DNA of 64,000 bases, taken from contig JAFSCR010000031.1 of assembly GCA_017436645.1 (NCBI GenBank), forward strand, positions 1,594-65,593, in the 5' to 3' direction. Of this stretch, positions 19,540 to 29,249 are shown piece by piece (within the stretch, counting starts at the first letter, position 1; each line of letters starts with the position of its first letter). The notes beneath the pieces were generated by a model, which searched no databases, was not told the origin of the DNA, and was given only the letters and a program-made list of their open reading frames with translations. The position numbers were made by a program, and so were the translations under genes. This DNA is from Clostridia bacterium. Lineage in GTDB: Bacteria; Bacillota; Clostridia; UMGS1883; UMGS1540.

Positions 19540-21711
19540 ATGACAAATCCGCCGATTGAACAGCAAATTACAGAAACACTCGAGAAAAACTATATGCCCT
19601 ACGCCATGAGCGTAATTATCTCCCGTGCTATTCCGGAGATTGACGGGTTTAAGCCGTCCCATCGTAAGCTCCTTTATACCATGTATAAAATGGGGCTTAT
19701 TACGGGGACACGAACCAAGTCTGCCAATATTGTCGGCCAGACCATGAAACTCAATCCCCACGGTGATGCGGCGATTTATGAAACCATGGTCCGTCTTACT
19801 TCCGGCCATGAGGCACTTCTCCATCCCTTTGTAGATTCCAAGGGTAACTTCGGCAAACAGTTCAGCCGTGATATGGCCTACGCTGCACCCCGTTATACGG
19901 AAGCGAAGCTTGATACAATCTGCACCGAGCTTTTTGGAGAAATTGATAAAAACACAGTAGATTTTACGGATAACTATGACGGAACGATGAAGGAACCCGT
20001 CCTCTTGCCCGTAACATTTCCTACCATTTTGGTAACGCCAAACCAGGGTATTGCCGTTGGCATGGCAAGTAACATTTGCAGTTTTAATCTCCGTGAGCTT
20101 TGCGAGGCCACCATTGCATTTATAAAGAATGAAAAGGCAGACCTTCGTGCCCATATGCCTGCACCCGATTTTTCCACAGGTGCATCCCTTATCTTAAACG
20201 AAGAGGAAATGGACCGCATTTATGAAACGGGCCGTGGCAGTTTCCGCCTCCGTGCAAAGTATAATTACGATAAGAAAAATAACTGCATTGAAATTTATGA
20301 AATTCCGTATACAACCGCCACGGAAGTGATTATCGACCGTGTGGTGGAACTCATAAAAGGCAATAAAATCAAGGAAATTTCTGACATCCGTGACGAAACC
20401 GACCTTGGCGGTTTGAAGCTTACCATTGATTTAAAGCGTGGCACCGATCCGGATAAACTTATGATGCGCCTTTATAAAATGACGAGCCTTGAAGATCCCT
20501 TCTCTTGTAACTTTAACGTTCTCATTGACGGGCAACCCCGTGTTATGGGCGTTCGTGAAATTTTGAAGGAATGGACGAGATTCAGAAAAGGCTGTATCTG
20601 CCGTCGCCTTGAATACGACATTCAGAACAAAAAAGAGAAACTGCATCTTCTTCTCGGCCTTAAGAAGATTCTTCTTGATATTGATAAGGCAATCCGTATT
20701 GTCCGTGAAACCGAAAAAGATGAGGATGTTGTACCGAACCTTATGGAAGGCTTTTCCATTGATAAGGTGCAGGCGGAATATGTGGCGGAAATTAAGCTCC
20801 GTAATTTAAATAAGCAGTACATTTTAAAACGTACTGCAGAAACGGAAGCGCTCGCCGAAGAAATAGAAAATCTTACTTATATTCTCTCAAACGACAGCGA
20901 AATCAAAAAGCTGATTATTGCCACCTTGAAAGAAACGGCCAAAAAATACGGCAAAGAGAGAAAAACGGAAATCATTGCAGGGGAAGAGGTAGAAACCATT
21001 TCCGTCCAGGAAGAAGTGGAAGACTACAACGTTAAAATCTTCTTTACCCGTGAAAATTATCTTAAGAAAATCTCTCTTGTGTCGCTTCGTTCTGCAGGGG
21101 AGCAGAAACTGAAGGAAGATGACGAAATCATCTCTGAATTTGATGCATCCAACAGATGGGATTTGCTTCTCTTCTCCAATCAGCAAAACGTATACAAAAT
21201 GCGAATTTCCGATATTGTTGACTGCAAGGCGAGTTCCCTTGGTGATTTTGCGCCGAACCTTCTTGGCCTATCCGGCGATGAAAGAATTGTATACGCCGTT
21301 CCTACGGATAAATACACAGGGTATATGCTCTTCGGATTTGAAAATGGCAAAGTGGCAAAAACGGAAATGGCAAGCTACGCCACAAAGCTCAACCGTAAAA
21401 AACTGCAGAATGCATATAGTGGTGCCGCGCCTCTTATTTCCGTATTGTATATTCCCGAAAACACCATGGTTACCCTCGAAAGTACTTCGGGCAAACTTCT
21501 CACCTTCTCTGCAGAGGATCTGGAACCGAAAACGACGAGAGGTACACAGGGCGTACAGGTTATGCGTATGAAAAAGGGACATACGCTTTCCAAAATGTAC
21601 CTTGCCAAAGAAGAAACCATGCAGTATAAGAGCCGCAATATTCCGTCCGGCGGTTATTATCCGCAAAGCGATGCTCCGGAAGAGGATGACGGACAAATTT
21701 CACTTTTTTGA
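19540..21711 (+). CDS. Type IIA topoisomerase subunit A (GyrA/ParC family), short 723-aa form
   Basis: DYAMSVI-like NYMPYAMSVIISRAIP, catalytic-Tyr region AAPRYTEAKL, NPHGDAAIYETMVR. Reduced C-terminal domain. No B subunit adjacent in the window. Confidence 0.75.
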   Translation: MTNPPIEQQITETLEKNYMPYAMSVIISRAIPEIDGFKPSHRKLLYTMYKMGLITGTRTKSANIVGQTMKLNPHGDAAIYETMVRLTSGHEALLHPFVDSKGNFGKQFSRDMAYAAPRYTEAKLDTICTELFGEIDKNTVDFTDNYDGTMKEPVLLPVTFPTILVTPNQGIAVGMASNICSFNLRELCEATIAFIKNEKADLRAHMPAPDFSTGASLILNEEEMDRIYETGRGSFRLRAKYNYDKKNNCIEIYEIPYTTATEVIIDRVVELIKGNKIKEISDIRDETDLGGLKLTIDLKRGTDPDKLMMRLYKMTSLEDPFSCNFNVLIDGQPRVMGVREILKEWTRFRKGCICRRLEYDIQNKKEKLHLLLGLKKILLDIDKAIRIVRETEKDEDVVPNLMEGFSIDKVQAEYVAEIKLRNLNKQYILKRTAETEALAEEIENLTYILSNDSEIKKLIIATLKETAKKYGKERKTEIIAGEEVETISVQEEVEDYNVKIFFTRENYLKKISLVSLRSAGEQKLKEDDEIISEFDASNRWDLLLFSNQQNVYKMRISDIVDCKASSLGDFAPNLLGLSGDERIVYAVPTDKYTGYMLFGFENGKVAKTEMASYATKLNRKKLQNAYSGAAPLISVLYIPENTMVTLESTSGKLLTFSAEDLEPKTTRGTQGVQVMRMKKGHTLSKMYLAKEETMQYKSRNIPSGGYYPQSDAPEEDDGQISLF

Positions 21712-21719
21712 GGCATAAA

Positions 21720-22364
21720 ATGATGACAACAGTACTTTTTATCCGCCACGGTGAAAGTGTGGCGAACAGAAGAAATATTTTTGCAGGCCATCTTGATGTG
21801 GAACTGGAAGAACTAGGCTTTCTGCAGGCTGCAAAAACAGCAGAATTCATTACAGAAAAGTATAAGGTTGATGCAATTTATTCCAGCGACCTGCAAAGGG
21901 CTTATAATACCGCAAAAGCCCTTTCCGACCGCACAGGCATTCCTATTATCAAAGAAAAAGCCTTTCGCGAAATTGACGGCGGAGAATGGGACGAAAAGAA
22001 TTTTGATGCACTTGATTCTCTTTTTCCCGAGGAATTCGGCGTTTGGCGGCGAGATTTAAAAAATGCAAGATGCACGGGCGGTGAGTCTGTAAAAGAAGTA
22101 GCCGCGCGCGTTTTTGCGGCAGCAAAAAAAATCGCCGCGGAAAACGAAGGGAAAACCATAGCTATATTTTCCCATGTTACGCCCATTCGCTGTATAGAAT
22201 GCATGGCGCGTGACGGGTCTGTCGAAAAAATCGCGGACCATACTTGGGTTTCCAACGCTTCTGTTTCGGAGTTTTTGGTAGAGGACGGACAATGGAAAGT
22301 AATTGAAATGAGTCAGGATAAGCATCTTTCGGGTATGCGCACGGCGCTTCCCGATGATGTGTAG
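21720..22364 (+). CDS. Histidine phosphatase family protein (phosphoglycerate mutase-like)
   Basis: RHGES motif (LFIRHGESVAN). Start set at ATG with GAGG RBS, because the ORF-track start is a TTG overlapping the upstream stop. Confidence 0.75.
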   Translation: MMTTVLFIRHGESVANRRNIFAGHLDVELEELGFLQAAKTAEFITEKYKVDAIYSSDLQRAYNTAKALSDRTGIPIIKEKAFREIDGGEWDEKNFDALDSLFPEEFGVWRRDLKNARCTGGESVKEVAARVFAAAKKIAAENEGKTIAIFSHVTPIRCIECMARDGSVEKIADHTWVSNASVSEFLVEDGQWKVIEMSQDKHLSGMRTALPDDV

Positions 22365-22378
22365 AAGGGGGTAAATAT

Positions 22379-23059
22379 ATGTTTGAAATGAATGAAGTTT
22401 TTTTGCAGCTTGAATTTTTTGGACGGCTGATTCTTGCAGGTCTTTGCGGGGCGGCAGTCGGTTATGAAAGAAAAAAGAGCATGAAGGGCGCAGGCATCCG
22501 CACACATTTTATTGTGGCGATGGCAGCAGCACTTATCATGCTCGTTTCGAAATACGGATTTATGGATGTAGCCACCCTTCCCGGCCATTCTGTGGATACA
22601 TCAAGAGTGGCGGCCTCTATCGTTTCCGGTGTAGGTTTTCTCGGTGCAGGACTGATTTTTGTCAGAAAATATACGATTAACGGCCTTACCACCGCTGCCG
22701 GCGTGTGGGCGACGAGCGCCATCGGCATGGCAATTGGCGGTGGCATGTATGTGCTCGGCATTTTGAGTACGGTTACCATTTTGATGGCACAGGTATTTCT
22801 TCACAGAAGATGGCAATTTTTACATGTGCCGAACACAGAACAGATTTTCGTTATTGTTTCCAATGCAGCGGAGGCGATTCCCCAGATTCATGCACTTTTT
22901 GAAAAAAACAACCTTGAGATTTTAAATATAAAAATGGAAGTACTTGCCGATGGCAACACTTCTCTTGATTTTGTAATAAAAGAGCCGCAAGCTTTTAAAC
23001 CTGCAGCTTTAATGGAAGTTTTAAAAGAATGCCCGCATATTTTATCTTTTGAGCTTTAA
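22379..23059 (+). CDS. MgtC/SapB family membrane protein
   Basis: MgtC N-terminal domain signature LILAGLCGAAVGYERKKSMKGAGIRTHFIVAMAAAL. Confidence 0.8.
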   Translation: MFEMNEVFLQLEFFGRLILAGLCGAAVGYERKKSMKGAGIRTHFIVAMAAALIMLVSKYGFMDVATLPGHSVDTSRVAASIVSGVGFLGAGLIFVRKYTINGLTTAAGVWATSAIGMAIGGGMYVLGILSTVTILMAQVFLHRRWQFLHVPNTEQIFVIVSNAAEAIPQIHALFEKNNLEILNIKMEVLADGNTSLDFVIKEPQAFKPAALMEVLKECPHILSFEL

Positions 23060-23493
23060 TGCTCAATGGTGACGGTGAACGGACCGTCGCAAAGCATATC
23101 AATTTCCATATGTGCGCCGAAAACGCCTGTTTCCACAAAAGGGAAGAAGGCGCGGCATTTTTCTACGAAATATTCATAAAGCTCTAAGGCCAAGGCAGGC
23201 GGCGCAGCACTTGTAAAGCTGGGTCGGCTGCCTTTTTTGCAGTCGCCGTATAAAGTAAACTGGGATACGACGAGCAGGCCGCCGCATACGTCTTTAAGGG
23301 ATAAGTTGGTCTTTCCGTTTTCATCTTCAAAAAGCCGAAGCACAGAAAGCTTATGAAAAAGCCAGTCGGCATTCTCTTTTGTATCCCCGTCGCCAACACC
23401 TAAAAGAACCATAAGGCCTTTTTCTATGGCACCGTGGGGCACACCGTCCGCCGTAAGGCTTGCTCGTTTTACTCTTTGAATCACAACTTTCAT
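23056..23493 (-). CDS. dtd: D-aminoacyl-tRNA deacylase
   Basis: MKVVIQRVKRASL...VSQFTLYGDCKKGSRPSF...GPFTV matches Dtd from start to C-terminal GPFT motif. Confidence 0.9.
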   Translation of the reverse strand: MKVVIQRVKRASLTADGVPHGAIEKGLMVLLGVGDGDTKENADWLFHKLSVLRLFEDENGKTNLSLKDVCGGLLVVSQFTLYGDCKKGSRPSFTSAAPPALALELYEYFVEKCRAFFPFVETGVFGAHMEIDMLCDGPFTVTIEH

Positions 23494-23595
23494 ATAAAAT
23501 CCCCCTTATAGAGCACATTTTACCATACAGTGAAAGTGCAAGTCAAGAGAAAGGCATTTTCTTGTCGTTTTTTGCTTTTTTTCGCATTAAGGGAG

Positions 23596-23624
23596 TTGAC
23601 TTTTTGGCATTCTTATGTTATACT
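23596..23624 (+). promoter_or_regulatory. Sigma-A type promoter TTGACT-17-TATACT placed for a leaderless transcript
   Basis: -35 at 23596-23601, 17-nt spacer, -10 at 23619-23624. The ATG at 23633 lies 8 nt past the -10, so the predicted transcript has essentially no 5'UTR and no SD. Confidence 0.5.
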
Positions 23625-23632
23625 ATTCTAAT

Positions 23633-24271
23633 ATGAAAAGATTAAATATTATAACCGGCCATTTTGGCAGCGGTAAAACTGAATTTGCATTAAATCTTGC
23701 GCTTGCACAGAAAGGGCAGACCACCATCGTCGATATGGACACGGTAAACCCTTACTATCGAACGGCAGATGCTAAAGAAATTCTTGAGTCAAACGGCATC
23801 CGTGTCATTCTTCCTCGTTTTGCGAACACAAACGTGGACCTTCCCGCACTGCCGAGCGAAATCATTTCTGTGTTTACAAACCATGAAACCACCGGCATTT
23901 TTGATGTGGGCGGCGATGAGGATGGTGCGCTCGCACTCGGGCGGTATAACCCCTATTTTATGAAAGAACCTTACGAAATGTATTTCGTCATAAATGCAAG
24001 GCGTCCGCTCACGAGAACCAAGGAAGGTATCATCGAAATCCTTCGGGAGGTGGAGGCGGCATCCCGTCTTTCTGTGACAAAGCTTGTAAACGCTACAAAC
24101 CTGGGCCCTGAAACCACGGCGGAAATCGTTTTGGAAGGACAGAGCATTGTAGAAGAAGTCAGCCGTATGACGGGAATCCCGGTAGGCTATACGGCCATAA
24201 AAAAAGGACTTGAAATTTCGGTGGCAAACCCAATTATGCCGCTTGAATTATATATTAAATCGCCATTTTAA
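23633..24271 (+). CDS. P-loop NTPase of unknown function (Walker A GHFGSGKTE), co-oriented upstream of the 2-oxoacid:ferredoxin oxidoreductase genes
   Basis: Walker A motif. No recognisable family beyond P-loop. Start set at the second in-frame ATG (MKRLNIITG), because the first ATG lies inside the promoter. Confidence 0.55.
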   Translation: MKRLNIITGHFGSGKTEFALNLALAQKGQTTIVDMDTVNPYYRTADAKEILESNGIRVILPRFANTNVDLPALPSEIISVFTNHETTGIFDVGGDEDGALALGRYNPYFMKEPYEMYFVINARRPLTRTKEGIIEILREVEAASRLSVTKLVNATNLGPETTAEIVLEGQSIVEEVSRMTGIPVGYTAIKKGLEISVANPIMPLELYIKSPF

Positions 24272-24280
24272 TACGAAAGG

Positions 24281-24496
24281 ATGATGGATATGGCAAAAGT
24301 AACTTTTCGCGAGGATAGATGTAAAGGCTGTGAACTTTGCACTACCGTATGCCCCAAGCACATCGTACAGATGGCAAAGGACAGACTGAACAAAAAAGGT
24401 TTTCACCCGGCTGAGGTCGTCAAACAGGAAGAGTGCATCGGCTGTGCATTCTGTGCAACCATTTGTCCCGATGCCGTTATAGAGGTTGAAAAATAA
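24281..24496 (+). CDS. 2-oxoacid:ferredoxin oxidoreductase delta subunit (2x[4Fe-4S] ferredoxin)
   Basis: Two CxxCxxCxxxCP motifs (CKGCELCTTVCP, CIGCAFCATICP). Position ahead of the alpha, beta and gamma subunits. Confidence 0.8.
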   Translation: MMDMAKVTFREDRCKGCELCTTVCPKHIVQMAKDRLNKKGFHPAEVVKQEECIGCAFCATICPDAVIEVEK

Positions 24497-24515
24497 ACCG
24501 GAAAGGAAGAGAGAT

Positions 24516-25577
24516 ATGGCAGAAAAAGTTTTAATGAAAGGAAACGAAGCTGTTGCTGAAGCGGCTATCCAGGCAGGATGTCGTCTTTTCTTCGGTTACC
24601 CGATTACACCGCAGACAGAAGTTTCCGCATATATGGCAAAGCGTATGCCGAAAATCGGCGGTACGTTTTTGCAGGCAGAAAGTGAAGTTGCAGCCATCAA
24701 CATGGTATATGGTGCCGCAGGCGCCGGTGCACGTGTTATGACTTCTTCTTCAAGCCCCGGCATAAGCCTTAAGCAGGAAGGTATTTCCTACATCGTAGGC
24801 AGTGACCTCCCTTGCGTTATTATTAACATTGTGCGCGGCGGCCCCGGCCTCGGCGGTATTCAGCCTGCACAGAGTGACTATTTCCAGGCAGTCAAAGGCG
24901 GCGGTCACGGCGATTACCATTTAATCGTTTTAGCCCCCAGCTCCATTCAGGAACTTGTGGATATGACACAGGAAGCCTTTGATATTGCTGACCAGTACCG
25001 TATGCCCGTTATGATTATGGGTGACGGTATGCTCGGCCAGATGATGGAACCTGTTGAATTTGGTGCAAAAGAAGGCAGAAAACTGCCCGAAAAGACATGG
25101 GCTGCAAACGGTACCGAAGGCAAGCGTCCCCGTAATATTATAAACTCCCTTTACATCGAAGCTTCTGACCTTGAAGAACTTGTTCTTGAAAGATACGAAA
25201 GATACAAGGAAGTAGAAAAGAACGAAGTAAAGGTTGAAGAATATATGGTGGAAGATGCAGATTACGTTATTGCAGCATATGGCACCATTGCCCGTGTTGC
25301 AAAAACGGCAATTTTAGCACTTCGTGAAGAAGGCATCAAAGTCGGTCTTATCCGTCCCATTACCCTTTGGCCGTTCCCCACGGAATCCTTTAAGAAAGCA
25401 GCAGAAACTGCAAAAGGCTTCCTGACTGTTGAAATGAGCATGGGCCAGATGGTAGAAGACGTCCGCCTTGCCGTTGACGGCAAAAAGCCTGTCGAATTCT
25501 TTGGCAGAACCGGCGGTATCGTTCCCACACCGGACGAAATCTGTGATGCCATCCGCAAAATGAAGGAGGGAAAGTAA
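24516..25577 (+). CDS. 2-oxoacid:ferredoxin oxidoreductase alpha subunit (KorA/VorA-type)
   Basis: Homology pattern of the alpha subunit (…GYPITPQTEV…), RBS AGGAAG. Substrate (2-oxoglutarate, ketoisovalerate or pyruvate) not determinable. Confidence 0.75.
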   Translation: MAEKVLMKGNEAVAEAAIQAGCRLFFGYPITPQTEVSAYMAKRMPKIGGTFLQAESEVAAINMVYGAAGAGARVMTSSSSPGISLKQEGISYIVGSDLPCVIINIVRGGPGLGGIQPAQSDYFQAVKGGGHGDYHLIVLAPSSIQELVDMTQEAFDIADQYRMPVMIMGDGMLGQMMEPVEFGAKEGRKLPEKTWAANGTEGKRPRNIINSLYIEASDLEELVLERYERYKEVEKNEVKVEEYMVEDADYVIAAYGTIARVAKTAILALREEGIKVGLIRPITLWPFPTESFKKAAETAKGFLTVEMSMGQMVEDVRLAVDGKKPVEFFGRTGGIVPTPDEICDAIRKMKEGK

Positions 25578-25578
25578 G

Positions 25579-26334
25579 ATGACGAAAGTATTTTCACGTC
25601 CCGAAGCACTCAATGACGTTGAACTCCATTACTGTCCCGGTTGTACCCATGGTATTATCCATCGCCTCGTTGCAGAGGTTCTGGATGAACTGGGTATCGT
25701 AGGTGAAACGGTAGGCGTTGCCAGCGTTGGTTGCTCGGTATTTTCATATAATTATTTTGGTTGTGACATGCAGCAGGCTGCACACGGCCGTGCACCGGCT
25801 GTTGCTACCGGTATTAAACGTGCACTTCCTAACCGTGTAGTATTTACCTATCAGGGCGATGGCGACCTTGCCGCTATCGGTACTGCAGAAACCGTTCATG
25901 CCGCATCCCGTGGTGAAAACATTACGGTTATCTTCGTAAACAACGGTGTTTACGGTATGACCGGCGGCCAGATGGCCCCCACAACCTTGGAAGGTCAGGT
26001 TACACAGACCTCTCCCTATGGTCGTGACGTTAAAACACAGGGGTATCCCCTGCGTGTCTGTGAACTTCTTTCTCAGACAAGCGGCGCTGCATTCCTCCAG
26101 AGAACTGCAGTTGACAATGTAAAGCACATTCGTGAAACAAAAGCCGCAATTAAGAAAGCATTCCAGTATCAGCTTGAGGGCAAAGGCTTCTCTCTTGTTG
26201 AAGTCCTTTCCGCTTGCCCCACATACTGGGCACTTCCGCCGGCAGAAGCTTTAAAGCGTCTCGGCAGTGAAGTTATCGATTATTATCCGCTTGGTGTTTA
26301 TAAGGATAAGGGGGCAGAAACGGATGAAAAATAA
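25579..26334 (+). CDS. 2-oxoacid:ferredoxin oxidoreductase beta subunit (TPP-binding)
   Basis: TPP-binding GDGD…N region (YQGDGDLAAIG…NNGVYGMTGGQ). Confidence 0.8.
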   Translation: MTKVFSRPEALNDVELHYCPGCTHGIIHRLVAEVLDELGIVGETVGVASVGCSVFSYNYFGCDMQQAAHGRAPAVATGIKRALPNRVVFTYQGDGDLAAIGTAETVHAASRGENITVIFVNNGVYGMTGGQMAPTTLEGQVTQTSPYGRDVKTQGYPLRVCELLSQTSGAAFLQRTAVDNVKHIRETKAAIKKAFQYQLEGKGFSLVEVLSACPTYWALPPAEALKRLGSEVIDYYPLGVYKDKGAETDEK

Positions 26335-26863
26335 TGAAATTATTATCGCAGGTTTTGGCGGTCAGGGTATTCTCTTTGCCGGCAAAGTGCTTGCCTACAC
26401 GGGCCTTGTTAACGGCTATGAAATCTCCTGGCTTCCGTCTTACGGCCCTGAAGTTCGTGGCGGTACGGCAAACTGCCATGTAATCGTATCGGAAGAGGCA
26501 GTTGCATCTCCCATGATTACAAAGCCCACGGCTCTCATTGCCATGAACCTGCCTTCTCTTCGTAAGTTTGAAGATGCAGTTGTGCCCGGTGGCATCATTT
26601 TAGTGGATTCTTCTCTGATTGAAGAAGACGTAAAGCGCACAGATGTTACTGTTATCCGCATTCCTGCTACGAAAATGGCCGACGAAGTAGGCGCAAGAAA
26701 GCTTGCCAATATGATTATGACAGGCGCTTTCATTAAAGCTACCGGCATCGTTGACTTTGACGGTCTCGTAAAAGGTGCCGCAAAGTGTGTTCCGGCAGGC
26801 AAGGAAGCAATCCTTGAACAAAATAAAAAGCTCCTTTCTATGGGGTATAATTACGGAGAATAA
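26324..26863 (+). CDS. 2-oxoacid:ferredoxin oxidoreductase gamma subunit
   Basis: [10 protein letters not shown] gamma-subunit signature. Start overlaps the beta-subunit stop by 11 nt. Confidence 0.75.
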   Translation: MKNNEIIIAGFGGQGILFAGKVLAYTGLVNGYEISWLPSYGPEVRGGTANCHVIVSEEAVASPMITKPTALIAMNLPSLRKFEDAVVPGGIILVDSSLIEEDVKRTDVTVIRIPATKMADEVGARKLANMIMTGAFIKATGIVDFDGLVKGAAKCVPAGKEAILEQNKKLLSMGYNYGE

Positions 26864-26867
26864 AACA

Positions 26868-27884
26868 TTGAAGCTATCGGATTTTGATTATGATTTACCC
26901 GATGAGCTGATTGCACAGGAGCCTTTAGCTGACCGTACGGCCGCAAGGCTCCTTACGCTTATCGGGGGAAATATAAACCATGGCACCTTTACGGATTTGC
27001 GCCATATTTTAAAAAAGGGCGATTGCCTTGTCTTAAATGACACTCGTGTTATTCCTGCCCGCCTTTACGGACAGAAAAAAGAAACAGGTGGTGCCATCGA
27101 ATTTTTGCTGTTAAAACGTATGGATTTAAATACGTGGGAAGTTGCCTTAAAACCCGGGAAAAAAGCCAAACCCGGCGCAAAATTTGTATTTGGTGACATC
27201 TTGGAGGCGGAAGTTCTCGAAGTCATTGAGGGCGGCAACCGCATTGTGTCCTTTACCTATGAAGGCGTTTTTGAAGAGATTCTTGAAAAACTCGGGGAAA
27301 TGCCCCTGCCGCATTATATTACGAAAACCCTTGAGGATAAGGAAATGTACCAGACGGTGTACGCCAGAGAAAATGGCTCTGCGGCGGCGCCTACGGCAGG
27401 TCTTCATTTTACAGAGGAATTCCTTTCCGAACTTAGGGAAATGGGCGTGGATATTGCATTTTTAACGCTCCATGTGGGTCTCGGCACCTTCCGTCCCGTA
27501 AAAGTTGAGGAAATTACCGAGCATAAAATGCATACGGAGTATTATACCGTTTCCGAAGAAGCGGCAGATAAAATCAATGCCTGCAAAGCACGAGGCGGAA
27601 GAGTTGTGTGCTGCGGTACCACAAGCGTTCGCACCGTGGAATCTGTAGCCGATGAAAACGGCGTTATGCGCCCACAGAGCGGGGATACGGATATTTTCAT
27701 TTATCCCGGCTATAAATTTAAAGCGGTGGATGCGATTATCACAAACTTTCATCTTCCCAAATCTACCCTTCTTATGCTTATCAGCGCCTTCGCAGGAAGA
27801 GAAAATATTCTCCGTGCATATGAAGAAGCCGTTCGCCTTCGTTATCGTTTCTTCAGTTTTGGCGATGCTATGTTTTTGGGATAG
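26868..27884 (+). CDS. queA: tRNA preQ1(34) S-adenosylmethionine ribosyltransferase-isomerase
   Basis: [19 protein letters not shown]-terminus and conserved QueA core. Start set at a TTG with GGAG RBS 9 nt upstream, because the ORF-track extension overlaps the gamma subunit. Confidence 0.8.
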   Translation: MKLSDFDYDLPDELIAQEPLADRTAARLLTLIGGNINHGTFTDLRHILKKGDCLVLNDTRVIPARLYGQKKETGGAIEFLLLKRMDLNTWEVALKPGKKAKPGAKFVFGDILEAEVLEVIEGGNRIVSFTYEGVFEEILEKLGEMPLPHYITKTLEDKEMYQTVYARENGSAAAPTAGLHFTEEFLSELREMGVDIAFLTLHVGLGTFRPVKVEEITEHKMHTEYYTVSEEAADKINACKARGGRVVCCGTTSVRTVESVADENGVMRPQSGDTDIFIYPGYKFKAVDAIITNFHLPKSTLLMLISAFAGRENILRAYEEAVRLRYRFFSFGDAMFLG

Positions 27885-27953
27885 TTTAAAGTCGAACCAT
27901 GTAGTTCAACTTTTTTTATAAGCGTGTTGAATATTGTCGAAAAGGAGAAAAGT

Positions 27954-29216
27954 ATGGATATAAACAGCATTTTGAATGGAGTTAAATGTGCGTGTGGCAA
28001 GGAACATCATTGCAGTATTGAAAAAGTATATATAGAGAGTGGCGCCATCAAAAGATTAACGCAGCTTTGTGGTGCATATAATAACATTCTGCTTGTTGCT
28101 GACGGCAATACTTTTTCCGTGGCGGGCGATGAAGTTGAAAAAGCGCTTACCGGCAAAAACTTAGACAAGGTGATTTTCAGCGGAGAAAAACTTTTAATTC
28201 CGGATGAAACAGCGATTGAAGAAGTAAAGAAAAAAACAAGCGAAGCAGATTTGATTATCGGTATTGGTTCCGGCGTAATTCAGGATTTATGTAAATGTGT
28301 TTCGTTCTACTCCCAAACACCGTATATGATTGTTGCTACCGCACCATCTATGGACGGTTATGCATCGGACGGTGCAGCAATGATTCTCGGCGGCATGAAA
28401 GAAACTGTAAAGGCAGGACTCCCTAAAGCAATTATTGCAGATACAGATGTATTAAAGAATGCACCTATGGAAATGATTAAGGCAGGATATGGAGATATTG
28501 TCGGGAAATACTCGGCATTATGTGACTGGAAATTAAGTGCGACAGTAACGGGAGAATATTTCTGCCAATATATTTACGATACAACGTTTCAGATGATTGA
28601 AAACACTTTAAAAATTGCAAAGGGACTCTTAAAACGTGATGAAGAAAGTATTAAAATACTGACGGAAGCACTTATGGTTGTTGGCATTATGATGAGCTTT
28701 GCAGGCTCGTCAAGACCTGCATCGGGTAGTGAGCACCATTTTTCTCATTTTTTTGAAATTGTCGGGATTATTAACGATGAAGCGTATCTCTCGCATGGTA
28801 TAGATGTTGCGTATTCGACCGTTATAACAGCAAAACTGCGTGAAAAAATCGTAAAATCAGATTTTCCGGATACGATTTATCGTCTTTCGGAAGAAGAATA
28901 TAAAGATAAAATGAACGGAATATACAAGTCTGTAGCTGAAGGATGCATAAAACTGCAAAATAAAACAGGCCACTATTCCGAAAACAGAATACAAATATAC
29001 AAACAAAAAGAGAAAGAAATTAAAAACATTCTTTCTCAGACGCCGAGCGCTGCAGATATCGAACAAATTCTTTCTGTTGTGGGATTGGATATGAAAGAAT
29101 TTTATAGATTATATGATGAAAAGAAAATACAGGATGCCATATTGTATGCAAAAGATCTGAAAGATCGGTATACTGTGCTTTGGCTGTATTATGATTTGTT
29201 TGGAGATAAAATTTGA
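27954..29216 (+). CDS. Iron-containing alcohol dehydrogenase superfamily protein, sn-glycerol-1-phosphate dehydrogenase-like (AraM/EgsA-like)
   Basis: GIGSGVIQD…PSMDGYAS pattern of the G1PDH/DHQS-like fold. RBS AAAGGAG 6 nt before the ATG. AT-rich relative to its neighbours. Confidence 0.5.
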   Translation: MDINSILNGVKCACGKEHHCSIEKVYIESGAIKRLTQLCGAYNNILLVADGNTFSVAGDEVEKALTGKNLDKVIFSGEKLLIPDETAIEEVKKKTSEADLIIGIGSGVIQDLCKCVSFYSQTPYMIVATAPSMDGYASDGAAMILGGMKETVKAGLPKAIIADTDVLKNAPMEMIKAGYGDIVGKYSALCDWKLSATVTGEYFCQYIYDTTFQMIENTLKIAKGLLKRDEESIKILTEALMVVGIMMSFAGSSRPASGSEHHFSHFFEIVGIINDEAYLSHGIDVAYSTVITAKLREKIVKSDFPDTIYRLSEEEYKDKMNGIYKSVAEGCIKLQNKTGHYSENRIQIYKQKEKEIKNILSQTPSAADIEQILSVVGLDMKEFYRLYDEKKIQDAILYAKDLKDRYTVLWLYYDLFGDKI

Positions 29217-29249
29217 TATTCTGACCCCTTAAGAGCGGGGAGTGCGATT

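Noticed and set aside
21708-21719. TTG start for the histidine phosphatase gene overlapping the topoisomerase stop
   Set aside because: An ATG four codons downstream is preceded by a GAGG RBS at proper spacing. The ORF-track start is an alternative-start artefact.
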